The notes under the pieces are model-generated. The model saw only the letters and a list, made by a program, of their open reading frames with translations, was not told the DNA's origin and searched no databases. Of a stretch of 37,938 nucleotides of DNA, positions 16,077 through 26,120 are shown piece by piece; within the stretch, counting starts at the first letter, position 1, and each line of letters opens with the position of its first letter. The position numbers and the translations under genes are program-made. Origin of the DNA: a virus. Taxonomy: Duplodnaviria; Caudoviricetes. The stretch lies in the IMG/VR virus record IMGVR_UViG_3300020042_008090, positions 1-37,938 of that record; one strand, 5' to 3'.

Positions 16077-16389
16077 GCGAATGCCGGATGAGCTTATACC
16101 TGAAATTGAGTGGCTGTTAGAACAGCACGAATACCCGAAAGTCACCTATCAATTATTTGCAGCACTCAAAGCCGAACGCTCAGCCCTCAAAGCCGAACGC
16201 GCCAAAGTCGCAGAGCTTGAGGCAAAGCTGGCTGATATTGCGGGGTTGGTGGAGAAGTGGCGAAGGGAAAATCCGGCCCAGGGATGGGCTGATGATAAGT
16301 CAGACGAGGCATACGATGCTGGCTGTGGTGATGGGGCCAGACTTTGCGCCACCGAACTCCAGGCCGTATTGGACAAAGCCAATGACTGA
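16069..16389 (+). CDS. hypothetical coiled-coil protein with 21-bp tandem duplication (16160-16201)
   Basis: AAGGAG RBS; ALKAERS-ALKAERA. Confidence 0.65.
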   Translation: MSERMPDELIPEIEWLLEQHEYPKVTYQLFAALKAERSALKAERAKVAELEAKLADIAGLVEKWRRENPAQGWADDKSDEAYDAGCGDGARLCATELQAVLDKAND

Positions 16390-16528
16390 CCTAGACCGCT
16401 TCGAGCAATGGGCCAAAGAGCGGGGCCACTATCAAGCCTATGAGGCCATAGCGCGGTTCAGGGCTTATCTAGAGCATCGAAAGGCACAGGAAACTGATGC
16501 GCTGATTGAAAGGCAGGAGAGTGATTGA
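16382..16528 (+). CDS. hypothetical protein
   Basis: MTDLDRFEQWA; overlaps previous stop. Confidence 0.55.
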   Translation: MTDLDRFEQWAKERGHYQAYEAIARFRAYLEHRKAQETDALIERQESD

Positions 16529-16533
16529 TGGCC

Positions 16534-19275
16534 TTAAATAATCAGCCCAGCCTCAATATCACTGATGGAGAAATCGCTAATTCTTCCACTGACTAGCGGT
16601 GATCCAGAGCCTTCGCCATAAATGCCAAACTTTGTTTCGGTGTTAAAACTGGAGCTCGTGTATGAAACATCTCGCGGCGAATAATGCGCGATTTGCAATC
16701 CGTGTCCGTATGATCCCCTGATGCTGTTGCCGTTGCACATGAGCCTCAGATAGCAAGCTGACACTGAAGGGAAAGCAATCGGGCCGAGCCCTGTTAATGC
16801 GAGACTATCTCTAACGGTCTGAACTCCAGCATTCACTTCAATCAGATTCAATACAGGGTCTGCTGTCTCTGAATCGTCCACGATTAACAACCAGTAATTG
16901 CTCGAATCCTGCGCTCTCGCGATAAGGCCAAAGTTTTTGGAATAAGGAAGCACATCAAGCTTGGCGCAAGCATTTGCGGTTCCGGCGTCAATAACATAGC
17001 GCGCTGTTCCGTCAGCATGGGCCTGGCCGCTGTTCGGGCCGATAAAGAAGTTGCCAGCATGCGCCGTCCATCCTCCAGGAGACGTTGTCTGCACATTAGG
17101 AGTATGCGCCGTAAGATTGGTGCCTTTTGTCCCGGTAAATGTATCGTAAACCAAATATTGACTAACGCCCTTGTACGCAACAAATCTCGCCCTGAATCTT
17201 TTTTCCGTTCCGGCAACCGGCCCGTGAGGGCTGGCCCCGTCATTATCAGCAACCGTAAAGTCAACTGTCATGTCTTCAGCCGCTAACGGAGATGGTTGTG
17301 ATGTTTGCCACAAGCCAAAATCAATGCTTCTGCATCTATACCACTGGCCAGCGGTTCCAGTTACGCCATTAACTTCCATAGCGCCAGATCCCGAAGCAAT
17401 GCTGACTACGTCATATTTAACAACATGAGAGCCGTTACTTATTGTTTCGCCCGGAACATTGACGTACCCGTCTTCGCCACCGTTCCCGGTAGCGCCACTC
17501 CACGCTGTGTAAAAACCGTCGGGGTCGCTAGAAAACCATGAAAGAGCTGCGAGCGCGCTATCGTCGGGGTCAATGTCCTCAACCGTGATGATATCAGGGA
17601 TAGCTATGGACGCAGTGCCGGGATTGGCCCCTACAGCCAGCACATTAGATCGGATGTAAATATCCGCTGTCCAGGTTTCGCCAAAGTTCACCGTGAATGC
17701 AGACAGGTCAAGCGTGATGGTTCCTGCCGCATGATCGACATAGCCATCAACAGCCGAGTCATAAATCACTACTTCAGGGCTGGTTGCTGAATACACCTGA
17801 ACATAGTAATCCTGAATATAGGCCCATGTGACGCCCGTCCAGCTTAGAGTCAGGATTAAATGCCGAGGGCTTGAGGCGTTATCTTCCCAATTTATTGTTG
17901 GGGTTGGGCCTGTGCCGGGACTAAAAGGATTGGAGATAACCGTGTCGTTACTGGTGCCTGTATAAATCACATCTGAATAATTAGACGCGACATATTGAAC
18001 GTACTTGCGACGCCACCTGCCCCGGCTGATCTGCTCGTTCTCAATCAGCGTCATCAGTTCAGCGGACAGATCAAACGCTGCATTGGTGATGCTTCCTACA
18101 TCGCCTATCGTGCGCTGCAATCCGTCATCAAAGCCGATGAATTCCAGCGTCATGTCATTGTGCGCTTTGCGGTAAATCTGCTCCGCCATACGCCCGCAAG
18201 CGTGAACGGTTTGCAGGAATGGCATCTGAATCTCTGCAACGCTTCCCGCGCCGTCTGGTGTGCCGTAGGTGTAGGATATTGGCCCCGATGTATACACCCC
18301 GGTTATCAGGCTTTCAACTTCAAAGGATTGGCCGTATACAGTGACAGCAGAGGGTACATCGCGTCCGCCAGCATGGCTTATTCTGACCGATTCCAGAATC
18401 ATGTCATCCGCCGTAACGGTATGATTCGAGGATCGTGGCATATCCGGTATCAGATAGACTTCATCGCCAATACGGTCTACAAAACAGTTTGCGTAAAGCG
18501 CTAACGCGCTGATCCACTCGCGAGCCGGAGCGCGGCGGGTTATCTGCCCACCGATCTCCCATCGCTTGACATTGGGGGAGCCGATTACTTCATCGCAGTA
18601 ATCAGCCGCATCGCCCACCGAAGTCCAGTTCATCGTGTAGCCGCAGTCCACCAGGATACGGGCAAGAGCTAAGGCAGGATTGGTGCTATACACCAGTTGC
18701 GGGGATGCTCGCGGGTCGACCAATAGCAGCCCACGCACCCATCCCTGAATTTGCAGTGTCGCGTAGTCAGAGCGCCAGCGCAGTACAGAGTGAGCCTTGT
18801 TCGCCAAGGTGTCATACGATCCTTTTAAGGCCGTCATGATAGTTGACGCGGCCTGCCCTGCTGTGCCTTCAAAATGCTCCATATTGCCGAGCATGTCGGC
18901 GCGTCCCTCGAATACCCGATCAACAAGCAGGCCCTCGAAGTAATCAATCTCGCCAACAGACCAGAGCATGTCCATTGCCAAGGTTTCGCCACTGTCATCG
19001 GCAGCAATCAATATGGGGTCAGCGATGCAATGTCCGAAAATATATGGTTCAGGGTCGCCACGCTTTCCGCCTGAAATGCTGATCTGTTTCGGAACAGGTG
19101 GGGTTGCCAGTTTTTCCAGCACTTCAGGATCAGGCAAGAAGGTGTTTACGATAGGCGGATCTGCGGGAATAACCGGGACAGCAGGAACCGGATCGCGGAC
19201 AATCGGAGGCAGGTATACGCTAGGCGGCAAAGGCTCTGGCGTAGGTGTCGGAATGGAGTTACTAGGCTGTGCCAT
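16534..19275 (-). CDS. tail tip/host specificity protein (J-like) with C-terminal beta-sandwich/lectin-like domains
   Basis: P..FG, W..GEI, G..V.DPR..YSTNPAL, AADYCDE motifs; last gene of tail operon. Confidence 0.85.
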   Translation of the reverse strand: MAQPSNSIPTPTPEPLPPSVYLPPIVRDPVPAVPVIPADPPIVNTFLPDPEVLEKLATPPVPKQISISGGKRGDPEPYIFGHCIADPILIAADDSGETLAMDMLWSVGEIDYFEGLLVDRVFEGRADMLGNMEHFEGTAGQAASTIMTALKGSYDTLANKAHSVLRWRSDYATLQIQGWVRGLLLVDPRASPQLVYSTNPALALARILVDCGYTMNWTSVGDAADYCDEVIGSPNVKRWEIGGQITRRAPAREWISALALYANCFVDRIGDEVYLIPDMPRSSNHTVTADDMILESVRISHAGGRDVPSAVTVYGQSFEVESLITGVYTSGPISYTYGTPDGAGSVAEIQMPFLQTVHACGRMAEQIYRKAHNDMTLEFIGFDDGLQRTIGDVGSITNAAFDLSAELMTLIENEQISRGRWRRKYVQYVASNYSDVIYTGTSNDTVISNPFSPGTGPTPTINWEDNASSPRHLILTLSWTGVTWAYIQDYYVQVYSATSPEVVIYDSAVDGYVDHAAGTITLDLSAFTVNFGETWTADIYIRSNVLAVGANPGTASIAIPDIITVEDIDPDDSALAALSWFSSDPDGFYTAWSGATGNGGEDGYVNVPGETISNGSHVVKYDVVSIASGSGAMEVNGVTGTAGQWYRCRSIDFGLWQTSQPSPLAAEDMTVDFTVADNDGASPHGPVAGTEKRFRARFVAYKGVSQYLVYDTFTGTKGTNLTAHTPNVQTTSPGGWTAHAGNFFIGPNSGQAHADGTARYVIDAGTANACAKLDVLPYSKNFGLIARAQDSSNYWLLIVDDSETADPVLNLIEVNAGVQTVRDSLALTGLGPIAFPSVSACYLRLMCNGNSIRGSYGHGLQIAHYSPRDVSYTSSSFNTETKFGIYGEGSGSPLVSGRISDFSISDIEAGLII

Positions 19276-19622
19276 TAGTCAAGAGTCCCGCGCAATTGGA
19301 CGGACACAAAGAAACGATTCAAGCCGAGGTTATCGGTGATGCGAGGACGCGCCAGAAATTTTACCGTGTAGGTTTCAATCGGAGAGACTGAGTGATACTC
19401 AAAGCCAGTGAAGTTCGCCCTGGGGTTCGCGTCATAGGCAGCACAGATCGAATCAAATTGCGCCTTCGTCATGGAGTACGTCAGATCAAAGCGGAAGTAA
19501 TTGGTGCTATGAAAGACGCGGGAATGCTGAGTTCCGGCTTGCGAAAAGTCGTCAACAATGCCGGATTCCGTTTCAACGGATGATGCTTCCAGAATGATGT
19601 TGTACGCGGTATAAGCTGGCAT
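19275..19622 (-). CDS. minor tail protein (distal tail-like)
   Basis: Position, size and beta-rich pattern. Confidence 0.6.
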   Translation of the reverse strand: MPAYTAYNIILEASSVETESGIVDDFSQAGTQHSRVFHSTNYFRFDLTYSMTKAQFDSICAAYDANPRANFTGFEYHSVSPIETYTVKFLARPRITDNLGLNRFFVSVQLRGTLD

Positions 19623-20129
19623 TTATTCCACCGTCACGATGTCTGGACCCCAAAATAATCTGGTGCCTTTGGGTAAGAGCCAGTTATAAGTTGAAGGCCC
19701 GATGGATGTAGCAGGGAAACTTTTATTGGTCGCGCTTTCAATCAGGCCGATGTGGATTTTATTGTAGGTAATCTCCGCATCGTCCATCACGCCAGTAAAA
19801 ACCGCTTCGGCATCTGATGCGTAGGGCGATACAGAAAAATTCGTGTGGTATTCGTAAACCGTAATCGCCCGCCCTCTGGCAATCTCGGATTGAACCAATC
19901 CCAGCCACGGGTCAGCATCACCCATCGGAAGCTCAAGCCTGCCACCGTTGGCGCTGATGCCCTGAATCTCAGCGCCCGAAGCGCTCCAGGTTTCCGAGTT
20001 CCAACTGATATTCGCGTCCCATGTCGCCACCCGCCTTTCGGTAGCCCACGCCATACGAATGAGATATATCGGACGGGTATGGTCAAGGTTAGTCGCGGCT
20101 ATCGAAGTCGCAGAGAGTGAGCGCGTCAC
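19623..20129 (-). CDS. minor tail protein (gpL/hub-like)
   Basis: I.W..W..G, GR..TVY, F.G.MD, LFWG; follows tape measure. Confidence 0.65.
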   Translation of the reverse strand: MTRSLSATSIAATNLDHTRPIYLIRMAWATERRVATWDANISWNSETWSASGAEIQGISANGGRLELPMGDADPWLGLVQSEIARGRAITVYEYHTNFSVSPYASDAEAVFTGVMDDAEITYNKIHIGLIESATNKSFPATSIGPSTYNWLLPKGTRLFWGPDIVTVE

Positions 20130-23100
20130 CTGTTCGTTAACCCGCCGCTACGAACTACGAATGTCGGATTCATCGAAGCGCTGCCGAAGCCTTGGCGAAT
20201 TGCCGCCACTACCTGAGCCGACATATTGTTGACGCCCGAAGTGAGCGCCTCATCAATGCCGTCAGAAATGATTCTGGCCTGTTCCTCGTAGCCTTCAGGC
20301 TCAGTGGTGCTTGCTGCGGTAACTCCGGCGATCAATTCCAGAGCCGCCGCTGCACGTTCGTTTGTTGCAGCCACCAGTTCCAGCGGGTCGATTAAATTGC
20401 CGAAGCCCTCAACTAGGCTACGAATCGCCTCGCCGGAATCCAGCACCGCGCGTTCAGCGCGATCAAGGGATGCCTGTGATGCCAGCTTGAAGGAATCAAT
20501 AATCGCCAGCGTGGAAGTTCCGAATGCCTTGGTATCTTCCGGCGAAAGTGAGCGAATCAGCTCTTCAAACTGTTGGCCGATTCGGGCTATTTCTTCCGGC
20601 GTTGATGCCGTCGATACCGTGGCGATCAATGCGCGAGCATCGAACAGCACATCTTCTGCTGCCCTTGGGCCGTTGATGGTGGCTTCGGTATCCTTCCGCA
20701 AACGGTCTAGGTTAGCGTTTAAGCCTTTGGCAACTGAATCTATCAGGGCAAGGGCATTAAGCTCCTGTTGGCGCACAGAGAGCGCCAGATTGCCAATTTG
20801 CACCAGTTGTTCCGGCGAGCCGTCAAAATTGACCATTGCCGCCGACAATTCGGAGGTCATGCGCGTAACGGTTTGAACTACCGATTCCGCTTGACGCTGC
20901 AACAGCAGATTGAAGTCACCAGCCAAATCAGAACCGGCGAAGTCGGCAAGGGATGACTTGACCGCCAGAACGGTATCCAGCAATTCCACAACGCGCCTAA
21001 ACGCATCGCTGATACTTTCGGTGCCGGTCTTGAATGCATCCACAACAGCCAGGAATTCTGCAACCGTGCGACTGCCAAACAGGTCTGGCTGATCGGCGAA
21101 GAGCTTTTCAGCACCTACGCCAATCTGTAAACGTGCGGCCTGCTCTTCGAGGTCTTTAGCCTGGTTGACAAACTTCTGCAGGTCATCGCTGAAGGTGGAC
21201 AGAATCACCTTGAAGCGTGAGTTCAGCAGTTCTTCAGCCGATAAGGTTTCGCCCTCGATCTGTTTCGACCAGCCTTCCAGCGCACCGGCTATTTTGGTGA
21301 TCTGTGATTCGTCAAGGAACGAACCTATGGAATTGTCAAAATCGGCCAGCGCGTCTTTGAAGCTATTTATTGCTGCCTGATCTAATCGGCGCGTGCGGAT
21401 AAAGGTTTTACCGAAGATGCTTTCTACTGATGAGTCAGTGTCGCTGCCGGAAAGGCGCGAAGTGTCAAAGGATGATGCCTGCAGAACGGCAGGCTTATCC
21501 TTGTCGAACAATCCGCCCAAAAGGCCACCCAATACGCCGCCAATTGCCGTTCCTAATGGCCCCACGAATGAACCAATTAAGCCGCCAAGCTGTGCGCCGA
21601 TTCCGGCATTCTGACCACCACCGCCCAGAATGCTGCCACCCAATACGCCAGCCGCGCCAGCCAATCCCTCCAGGAATTGCTTCGAGTTGAATATCGTTGA
21701 AACATCAGCGTCAAACAAATTCCTAAGCTGTTCAGTTATTTTGCTGGTGGTGATCTGTTGCACCATGCTACCAAGCAACGTCTTGAATCCGTCTTTCAGG
21801 GTGTCGAATACGTCCAGCCCTTCTTCACCAATGTTTGACCACATATCCGTAAACGCACGTTCTAGAATGCGAATGCTTTCATCAACAGCCACGCTCATGG
21901 CCGTGGTTTCCTGTTCAAGCGATTGCATATCAGCAACCGTTTGGCCGAGCTGATCTGACAGCGTGTTCAGGTACTTCTGATAGGTTTCTGCGCTGATGCT
22001 GCCCTTTGCCAAGGCCTGATTAGCGAACTCAACCTGCTCACCAAATTCGCGCATGATGGCGCTAACCGGGTCAGCTATGTCATTCAGTTCCTGAAGCTGC
22101 CTGTTGTACTCCTCTTGAGCCTGTTCCAGCTCCTCAACAAACTTCAGGTTTTCTTCAATGGACTTATTGGCCGCTCTTGACCGGGCAACAAACTTAACCA
22201 GCTTATCAGCGGCCTTAACCGTTTGATCGCCTAAGCTCTTGTATGCGCCAGCCGTTGAAGTAACCACCTCTGCATTCGTGTTGAAGAACTTGTTAACGCG
22301 GTCAATGGCTGCTGGCAATTCGTCGGTGAATGTTTCCGTCAGGAATCCGGCGGCGGCTTGCATCTTTTCCGCTGCCGCCTGAAACTCGGAGGCAATGCGG
22401 GTTGGTACATCCTTGATAGCCTCAAGAGCGCCGGTAAAGTCTCCAGCCGCGAGTTTCTGCAACGCCTCTCCGAGCGCCAGAATGGATGCCGTGATGGGAG
22501 ATACAGCAGCCCTGACTGCATTGAAAACAGCCAGCACAGAGCCAAGCAACACGCGGCCAAACAGCAATGCAGCTTCTTTCACGATTACAAAAGCGGTGGC
22601 CAGCGTTTTCAGAACCGCACCAAGACGCCTGCCAGCTTCGGCGGCCAAGTCTGTTGCCGGTGCGGTGCCGAGCATACCCTCCTGAATATCCAGCAAGGAC
22701 GGTATCAGAGCTGCGGTAAATGTGTTTGCAAGGCCGGTGGCGCGAATGCCCAGACGTGCCATATTCTTGTCGAACTGATCAGCGTCAGCCGCGAATTCTT
22801 CGGAGATAGCAGCGCCGAACAATTCCATTTCTTCGGCAACCTTGCCGATGAACTCTGCGCTGTCCAGCATCACCGGCAGAAGTGACGCGCCAGCCCTGCC
22901 GAATATCTGTTGAGCCGCTGCGCTTCGTTCGGCAGCGCTGCCAAGATTGGCAATCTCTTTAGCGATAGCCGCGAACTGATCTTCGGGAGACAGCTTCAGA
23001 ACATCGTCTATCGACAAGCCGAGCCGCGCCAAGGTATCAGCAGCCGCGCCCGTTCCCTGTCCGGCCTCAACCAGGCTGCGCTGCATTTTGCTAATGCCGG

Positions 23101-23413
23101 TTGTGAATTGCTCAATCGAAACGCCAGAGGTTTCGGCAATGGTCTTGAAGTTACTGAGCGCCACCGTGCCAATACCTGTCTTGGCAGAAAGCTCGCCTAT
23201 GGCATCGGCAGCGTTAATCGACTTCGCCACAACAGCCACCGTAGCGGCTCCAACAGCCGCAAACGCAACGCCAATAGCCTTGGCGGCTTGAGCGGCGTCT
23301 TTCTCAAATTTCTTCATGCGAGCCGCTTGCTGCTTGGCGGTACGGTTCATATCTGTCTCGAACACGCCCGTATCAGCAATCATGCTCACAATCAGGTTTG
23401 CAATCGACGCCAT
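20126..23413 (-). CDS. tail tape measure protein
   Basis: 1095 aa, Ala-rich helical, IFGRAG..LLP, Gly-rich hydrophobic segment; follows chaperones. Confidence 0.95.
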   Translation of the reverse strand: MASIANLIVSMIADTGVFETDMNRTAKQQAARMKKFEKDAAQAAKAIGVAFAAVGAATVAVVAKSINAADAIGELSAKTGIGTVALSNFKTIAETSGVSIEQFTTGISKMQRSLVEAGQGTGAAADTLARLGLSIDDVLKLSPEDQFAAIAKEIANLGSAAERSAAAQQIFGRAGASLLPVMLDSAEFIGKVAEEMELFGAAISEEFAADADQFDKNMARLGIRATGLANTFTAALIPSLLDIQEGMLGTAPATDLAAEAGRRLGAVLKTLATAFVIVKEAALLFGRVLLGSVLAVFNAVRAAVSPITASILALGEALQKLAAGDFTGALEAIKDVPTRIASEFQAAAEKMQAAAGFLTETFTDELPAAIDRVNKFFNTNAEVVTSTAGAYKSLGDQTVKAADKLVKFVARSRAANKSIEENLKFVEELEQAQEEYNRQLQELNDIADPVSAIMREFGEQVEFANQALAKGSISAETYQKYLNTLSDQLGQTVADMQSLEQETTAMSVAVDESIRILERAFTDMWSNIGEEGLDVFDTLKDGFKTLLGSMVQQITTSKITEQLRNLFDADVSTIFNSKQFLEGLAGAAGVLGGSILGGGGQNAGIGAQLGGLIGSFVGPLGTAIGGVLGGLLGGLFDKDKPAVLQASSFDTSRLSGSDTDSSVESIFGKTFIRTRRLDQAAINSFKDALADFDNSIGSFLDESQITKIAGALEGWSKQIEGETLSAEELLNSRFKVILSTFSDDLQKFVNQAKDLEEQAARLQIGVGAEKLFADQPDLFGSRTVAEFLAVVDAFKTGTESISDAFRRVVELLDTVLAVKSSLADFAGSDLAGDFNLLLQRQAESVVQTVTRMTSELSAAMVNFDGSPEQLVQIGNLALSVRQQELNALALIDSVAKGLNANLDRLRKDTEATINGPRAAEDVLFDARALIATVSTASTPEEIARIGQQFEELIRSLSPEDTKAFGTSTLAIIDSFKLASQASLDRAERAVLDSGEAIRSLVEGFGNLIDPLELVAATNERAAAALELIAGVTAASTTEPEGYEEQARIISDGIDEALTSGVNNMSAQVVAAIRQGFGSASMNPTFVVRSGGLTNR

Positions 23414-23718
23414 TTACTTTGCCTTTGGTATCTTCGGAAACGCAGCTAAAATCTGTTCATCCAGCGATTGCTCTGCCGGTTTTTCAAACAGCATGAAATC
23501 GGAAAGTTTCTTTTTCTGCTTACTGTTGGTGCCGTGGAGAATCCAGGCGATCTGCGCCAAACCAACTTCAATCCGCTTGGCGAGGAATGGCGTAGTGCCT
23601 GCCCTGATCATCCACATGTCCATCTCAGCAGCGGACATTTTCCCAACGTCTGAAACCGACATCCCAAGCTCCGCCGCAAGGTCAAACTTGAAGCGGAGTT
23701 TGGGGCTGTCGGCTAGTC
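23414..23718 (-). CDS. tail assembly chaperone frameshift extension (gpT-like)
   Basis: -1 frame from A_AAA_AAC reads RLADSPKLRFKFDLAAELGMSV.., in frame with ORF 23414-23662. Confidence 0.85.
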
Positions 23719-24069
23719 GTTTTTTTCCTCTTCAACCTTTGCAACGTCCTTGTCCATACCGTTCAGTTCGCGCACCTTGTCAAAGATCGCGCCGACTAAA
23801 TCGGAGCGCTGATTGCCAATTTGCTCGACTGTGCCGATAGGCTTTCCTTCGCCGTTTACCCAACACTTCTGCACCAGCTTGGCGCGGAGATTGGCAAGGT
23901 TGTTCTTGCCCTTTTCCCCGACTACACTGGCTTCAAACGCATCTCTCGCCGTTGACGTTAACGGCTTGAGCAGGATGGAAAAAGCAGCGTCCTTGCCGAA
24001 ACTGATTTCCACTTCTACTACGTCCATGCTGTAGGTGGATTGGAACTCTTCTAAAGTTTGAATTGCCAT
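23713..24069 (-). CDS. tail assembly chaperone (gpG-like)
   Basis: Between tail tube and tape measure; ends in slippery site. Confidence 0.88.
   Translation of the reverse strand: MAIQTLEEFQSTYSMDVVEVEISFGKDAAFSILLKPLTSTARDAFEASVVGEKGKNNLANLRAKLVQKCWVNGEGKPIGTVEQIGNQRSDLVGAIFDKVRELNGMDKDVAKVEEEKND
23719..23725 (-). other. programmed -1 frameshift site of tail chaperone
   Basis: A_AAA_AAC just before stop; long stem-loop about 23655-23713 downstream. Confidence 0.85.
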
Positions 24070-24089
24070 TGGTTATATTTCCTTTGGTC

Positions 24090-24117
24090 AAAAAGAAAAA
24101 GCCCCCGAAGGGGCTTT
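24090..24117 (-). terminator. intrinsic terminator
   Basis: AAAGCCCC-TTCG-GGGGCTTT plus T-rich tail. Confidence 0.88.
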
Positions 24118-24119
24118 GG

Positions 24120-24545
24120 TTAGGTGCGAACTACTGAACCAGTAGTCTTGAGTGTGATGGTTGCTTTTACGGCATCATCAATTTCGATGGTGACCGGATG
24201 CTCCTGCACAAACGCATCAAAAGTCAGCTTGGTTGCGGGCGAATTGCTCAGACGGATCTGGTATGTAGTGGTGCGGCCAGAAGCAAAATCGTCAAACAGT
24301 TCGTCATGCTGTGTGGAAGCCGTTACAGGGTCCCAAATTACAGACAGCTGGACAGTTCCGTAGTCGGCGAGAGCCTGTATAAATTCACGGCCTGTGCTGG
24401 ACAGATGGGTAACGTCGATGGTTCCTGCGGAACCTTGCGGGCCACCGATGGAAACTACTTGGCCGATCTGGACATAAGCATCAATGGGAGATGCTTCGGG
24501 GTCTTGCCTCCAAATGGTACAACCTTGACTACGAATATAAGCCAT
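24120..24545 (-). CDS. major tail tube protein
   Basis: IG.V.SI.GP..IDVT.L.S..REFI..L.D.G..F.AFV; GGAGG RBS. Confidence 0.92.
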   Translation of the reverse strand: MAYIRSQGCTIWRQDPEASPIDAYVQIGQVVSIGGPQGSAGTIDVTHLSSTGREFIQALADYGTVQLSVIWDPVTASTQHDELFDDFASGRTTTYQIRLSNSPATKLTFDAFVQEHPVTIEIDDAVKATITLKTTGSVVRT

Positions 24546-24597
24546 TTCATTGCCCTCCTATGGGTTGATGGCATTAACGAAATGCCCAGAAACGGGC

Positions 24598-24623
24598 AAT
24601 AAAAAACCCGCACTAGGCGGGTC
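24598..24623 (-). terminator. intrinsic terminator
   Basis: ACCCGC-loop-GCGGGT followed by TTTTTATT. Confidence 0.75.
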
Positions 24624-24644
24624 GGGGTAAAACCTTGTTTGTCT

Positions 24645-25010
24645 TTAGACTATGAAAGACCAGTCCAGAAAGACGCTGTGTGTTTTGGTTGACGAGTCGT
24701 AATTGCCACCGCTGCGGGAGGTCTGGTAGCCGTTACCCTCCAGCGCATCGTGGATCGCATCTGCAATCGCATTGGCCTGCGTGTGTGTCAGCGAGTGAAT
24801 GCTGAACTGCCAGCTTTCGCGGTGAGCGTCATCTATCCCGCTTATCGTGCTGAGCGGTTCGTCCGTGGTCATGTGGCATTCCACCAAAGGCAAGGCAGCG
24901 GATTCAGGCGCAACGCCAGGATAAATCCGCGATTGCTGCGGACTTGAGCCTGTGCCGAGCAATGTTTGAATGGCTGAAACTGGATTAAGCAGCGCGTATA
25001 CGTTTTTCAT
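24645..25010 (-). CDS. tail terminator/completion protein (DUF3168-like)
   Basis: RIYP..AP..P, Q..I.S.T..A..IA.AI..AL. Confidence 0.85.
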   Translation of the reverse strand: MKNVYALLNPVSAIQTLLGTGSSPQQSRIYPGVAPESAALPLVECHMTTDEPLSTISGIDDAHRESWQFSIHSLTHTQANAIADAIHDALEGNGYQTSRSGGNYDSSTKTHSVFLDWSFIV

Positions 25011-25495
25011 AGTTTCTTGATCTGTGCTGCTACTTGCCGGAGATTTTCAGCGCCGATCTTTTTAGAGATTCTGGCGATTGCGCCTGCCAGGTGCTTACGG
25101 AAAATCTCTGTTGAACTCTTGGCGTTTGTTTCCAGTGACTTTGAAAACCATCGTGTAGGAGGCAATCCCAAAGCGCCGAACTCAAGCCACGGAGCATAGT
25201 AAGCGTCACGCAACTGTTTTTTGTTGCCGCGAATAAATACCTGTACGCCCTCAGAGCCTCTGCGTACCTTGGTCATTCGCCGCCTGCGAATCATGCTGGC
25301 CAGCAATCCGGTATTCGGTATATCGTCCCGGTTTGGTACGGTGGCCTGTGCGGTTCTCACTACTGGCAAGGTAGCAGCCATTAAAGCGGTCTTAACCGGC
25401 CCGCCATTTTTGGAAACCAATTCTTTCGGCAACTGCGTCAAAGCCTTTTGCAATTCCTTCAGGCCGTAAACCTTGAAATCTACTTTTACCGTCAT
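25007..25495 (-). CDS. HK97 gp10-like tail component
   Basis: GL.EL..AL..L, TG.L..I, YY..W.EFG..P. Confidence 0.88.
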   Translation of the reverse strand: MTVKVDFKVYGLKELQKALTQLPKELVSKNGGPVKTALMAATLPVVRTAQATVPNRDDIPNTGLLASMIRRRRMTKVRRGSEGVQVFIRGNKKQLRDAYYAPWLEFGALGLPPTRWFSKSLETNAKSSTEIFRKHLAGAIARISKKIGAENLRQVAAQIKKL

Positions 25496-25839
25496 GGCAG
25501 GCTATTCTGTTCAGCAACGCCCTGTGAACACATCAGCACCATCATTCGGTTGCGCTCGTATTCGTTCTGTATGCCCTGAATGGAATAAGCCTTGCCGTCA
25601 TTCACTACGCGCCAAGACGGTTCAATCGTGGCGTGATAGCGAATCATTATCATCACCATGATTTCGTTCTGAGTTTGGCTTGCGGCCAGGTATTCACGAT
25701 TGCCGATGATGGGCTCAATCGCGCCCCATACCGTTGAATCAGTAGTCCAAGCGATCACTACATCGCCCGTACTGGTTCGGGTCTCCGTTTTCCGTTGCAG
25801 CGTCAATCTGTGCCGCAACTTCCCGGCGCGGAGCTTCAT
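25492..25839 (-). CDS. head closure/head-tail adaptor (SPP1 gp16-like)
   Basis: RAGKLRHR.T.Q, W..VW..IEP..RE, IRY..I..RV..YSI. Confidence 0.92.
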   Translation of the reverse strand: MKLRAGKLRHRLTLQRKTETRTSTGDVVIAWTTDSTVWGAIEPIIGNREYLAASQTQNEIMVMIMIRYHATIEPSWRVVNDGKAYSIQGIQNEYERNRMMVLMCSQGVAEQNSLP

Positions 25840-26120
25840 TTCTGAATAAGTCTCAGCACAATGGTTTTGCTGTGCGTGCGAGATCCATCAGTGACAATGA
25901 CGTTAGTCAGTTCGCAGTATTTCCACGGTGTGCCGGCTGAAACCATTACTGTAGTTGTGCTGCCGGCAATAGAGCTTGCGCCCACCACTACGCCAGAGGT
26001 AGCCGTCCAGGTGCTGCTGCTGATGGTGTCAACCGGGCTGGATTCTGTCAGAGTGTCTGACCAGTCAATTGAATAGTCCAGAACGTCAGACGGGTCTTTT
26101 TCAGTCTGCGATATCGTCAC
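25836..26120 (-). CDS. putative fibre adaptor protein
   Basis: KDP..LDY..DW..I.SS.W..GT..T..RT pattern seen next to phage fibre genes. Confidence 0.65.
   Translation of the reverse strand: MTISQTEKDPSDVLDYSIDWSDTLTESSPVDTISSSTWTATSGVVVGASSIAGSTTTVMVSAGTPWKYCELTNVIVTDGSRTHSKTIVLRLIQK

Noticed and set aside
20126-23413. SP motifs in tape measure as part of the sequon signal
   Set aside because: Four in 1095 aa, mostly SPE helix caps in an internal protein; background level.
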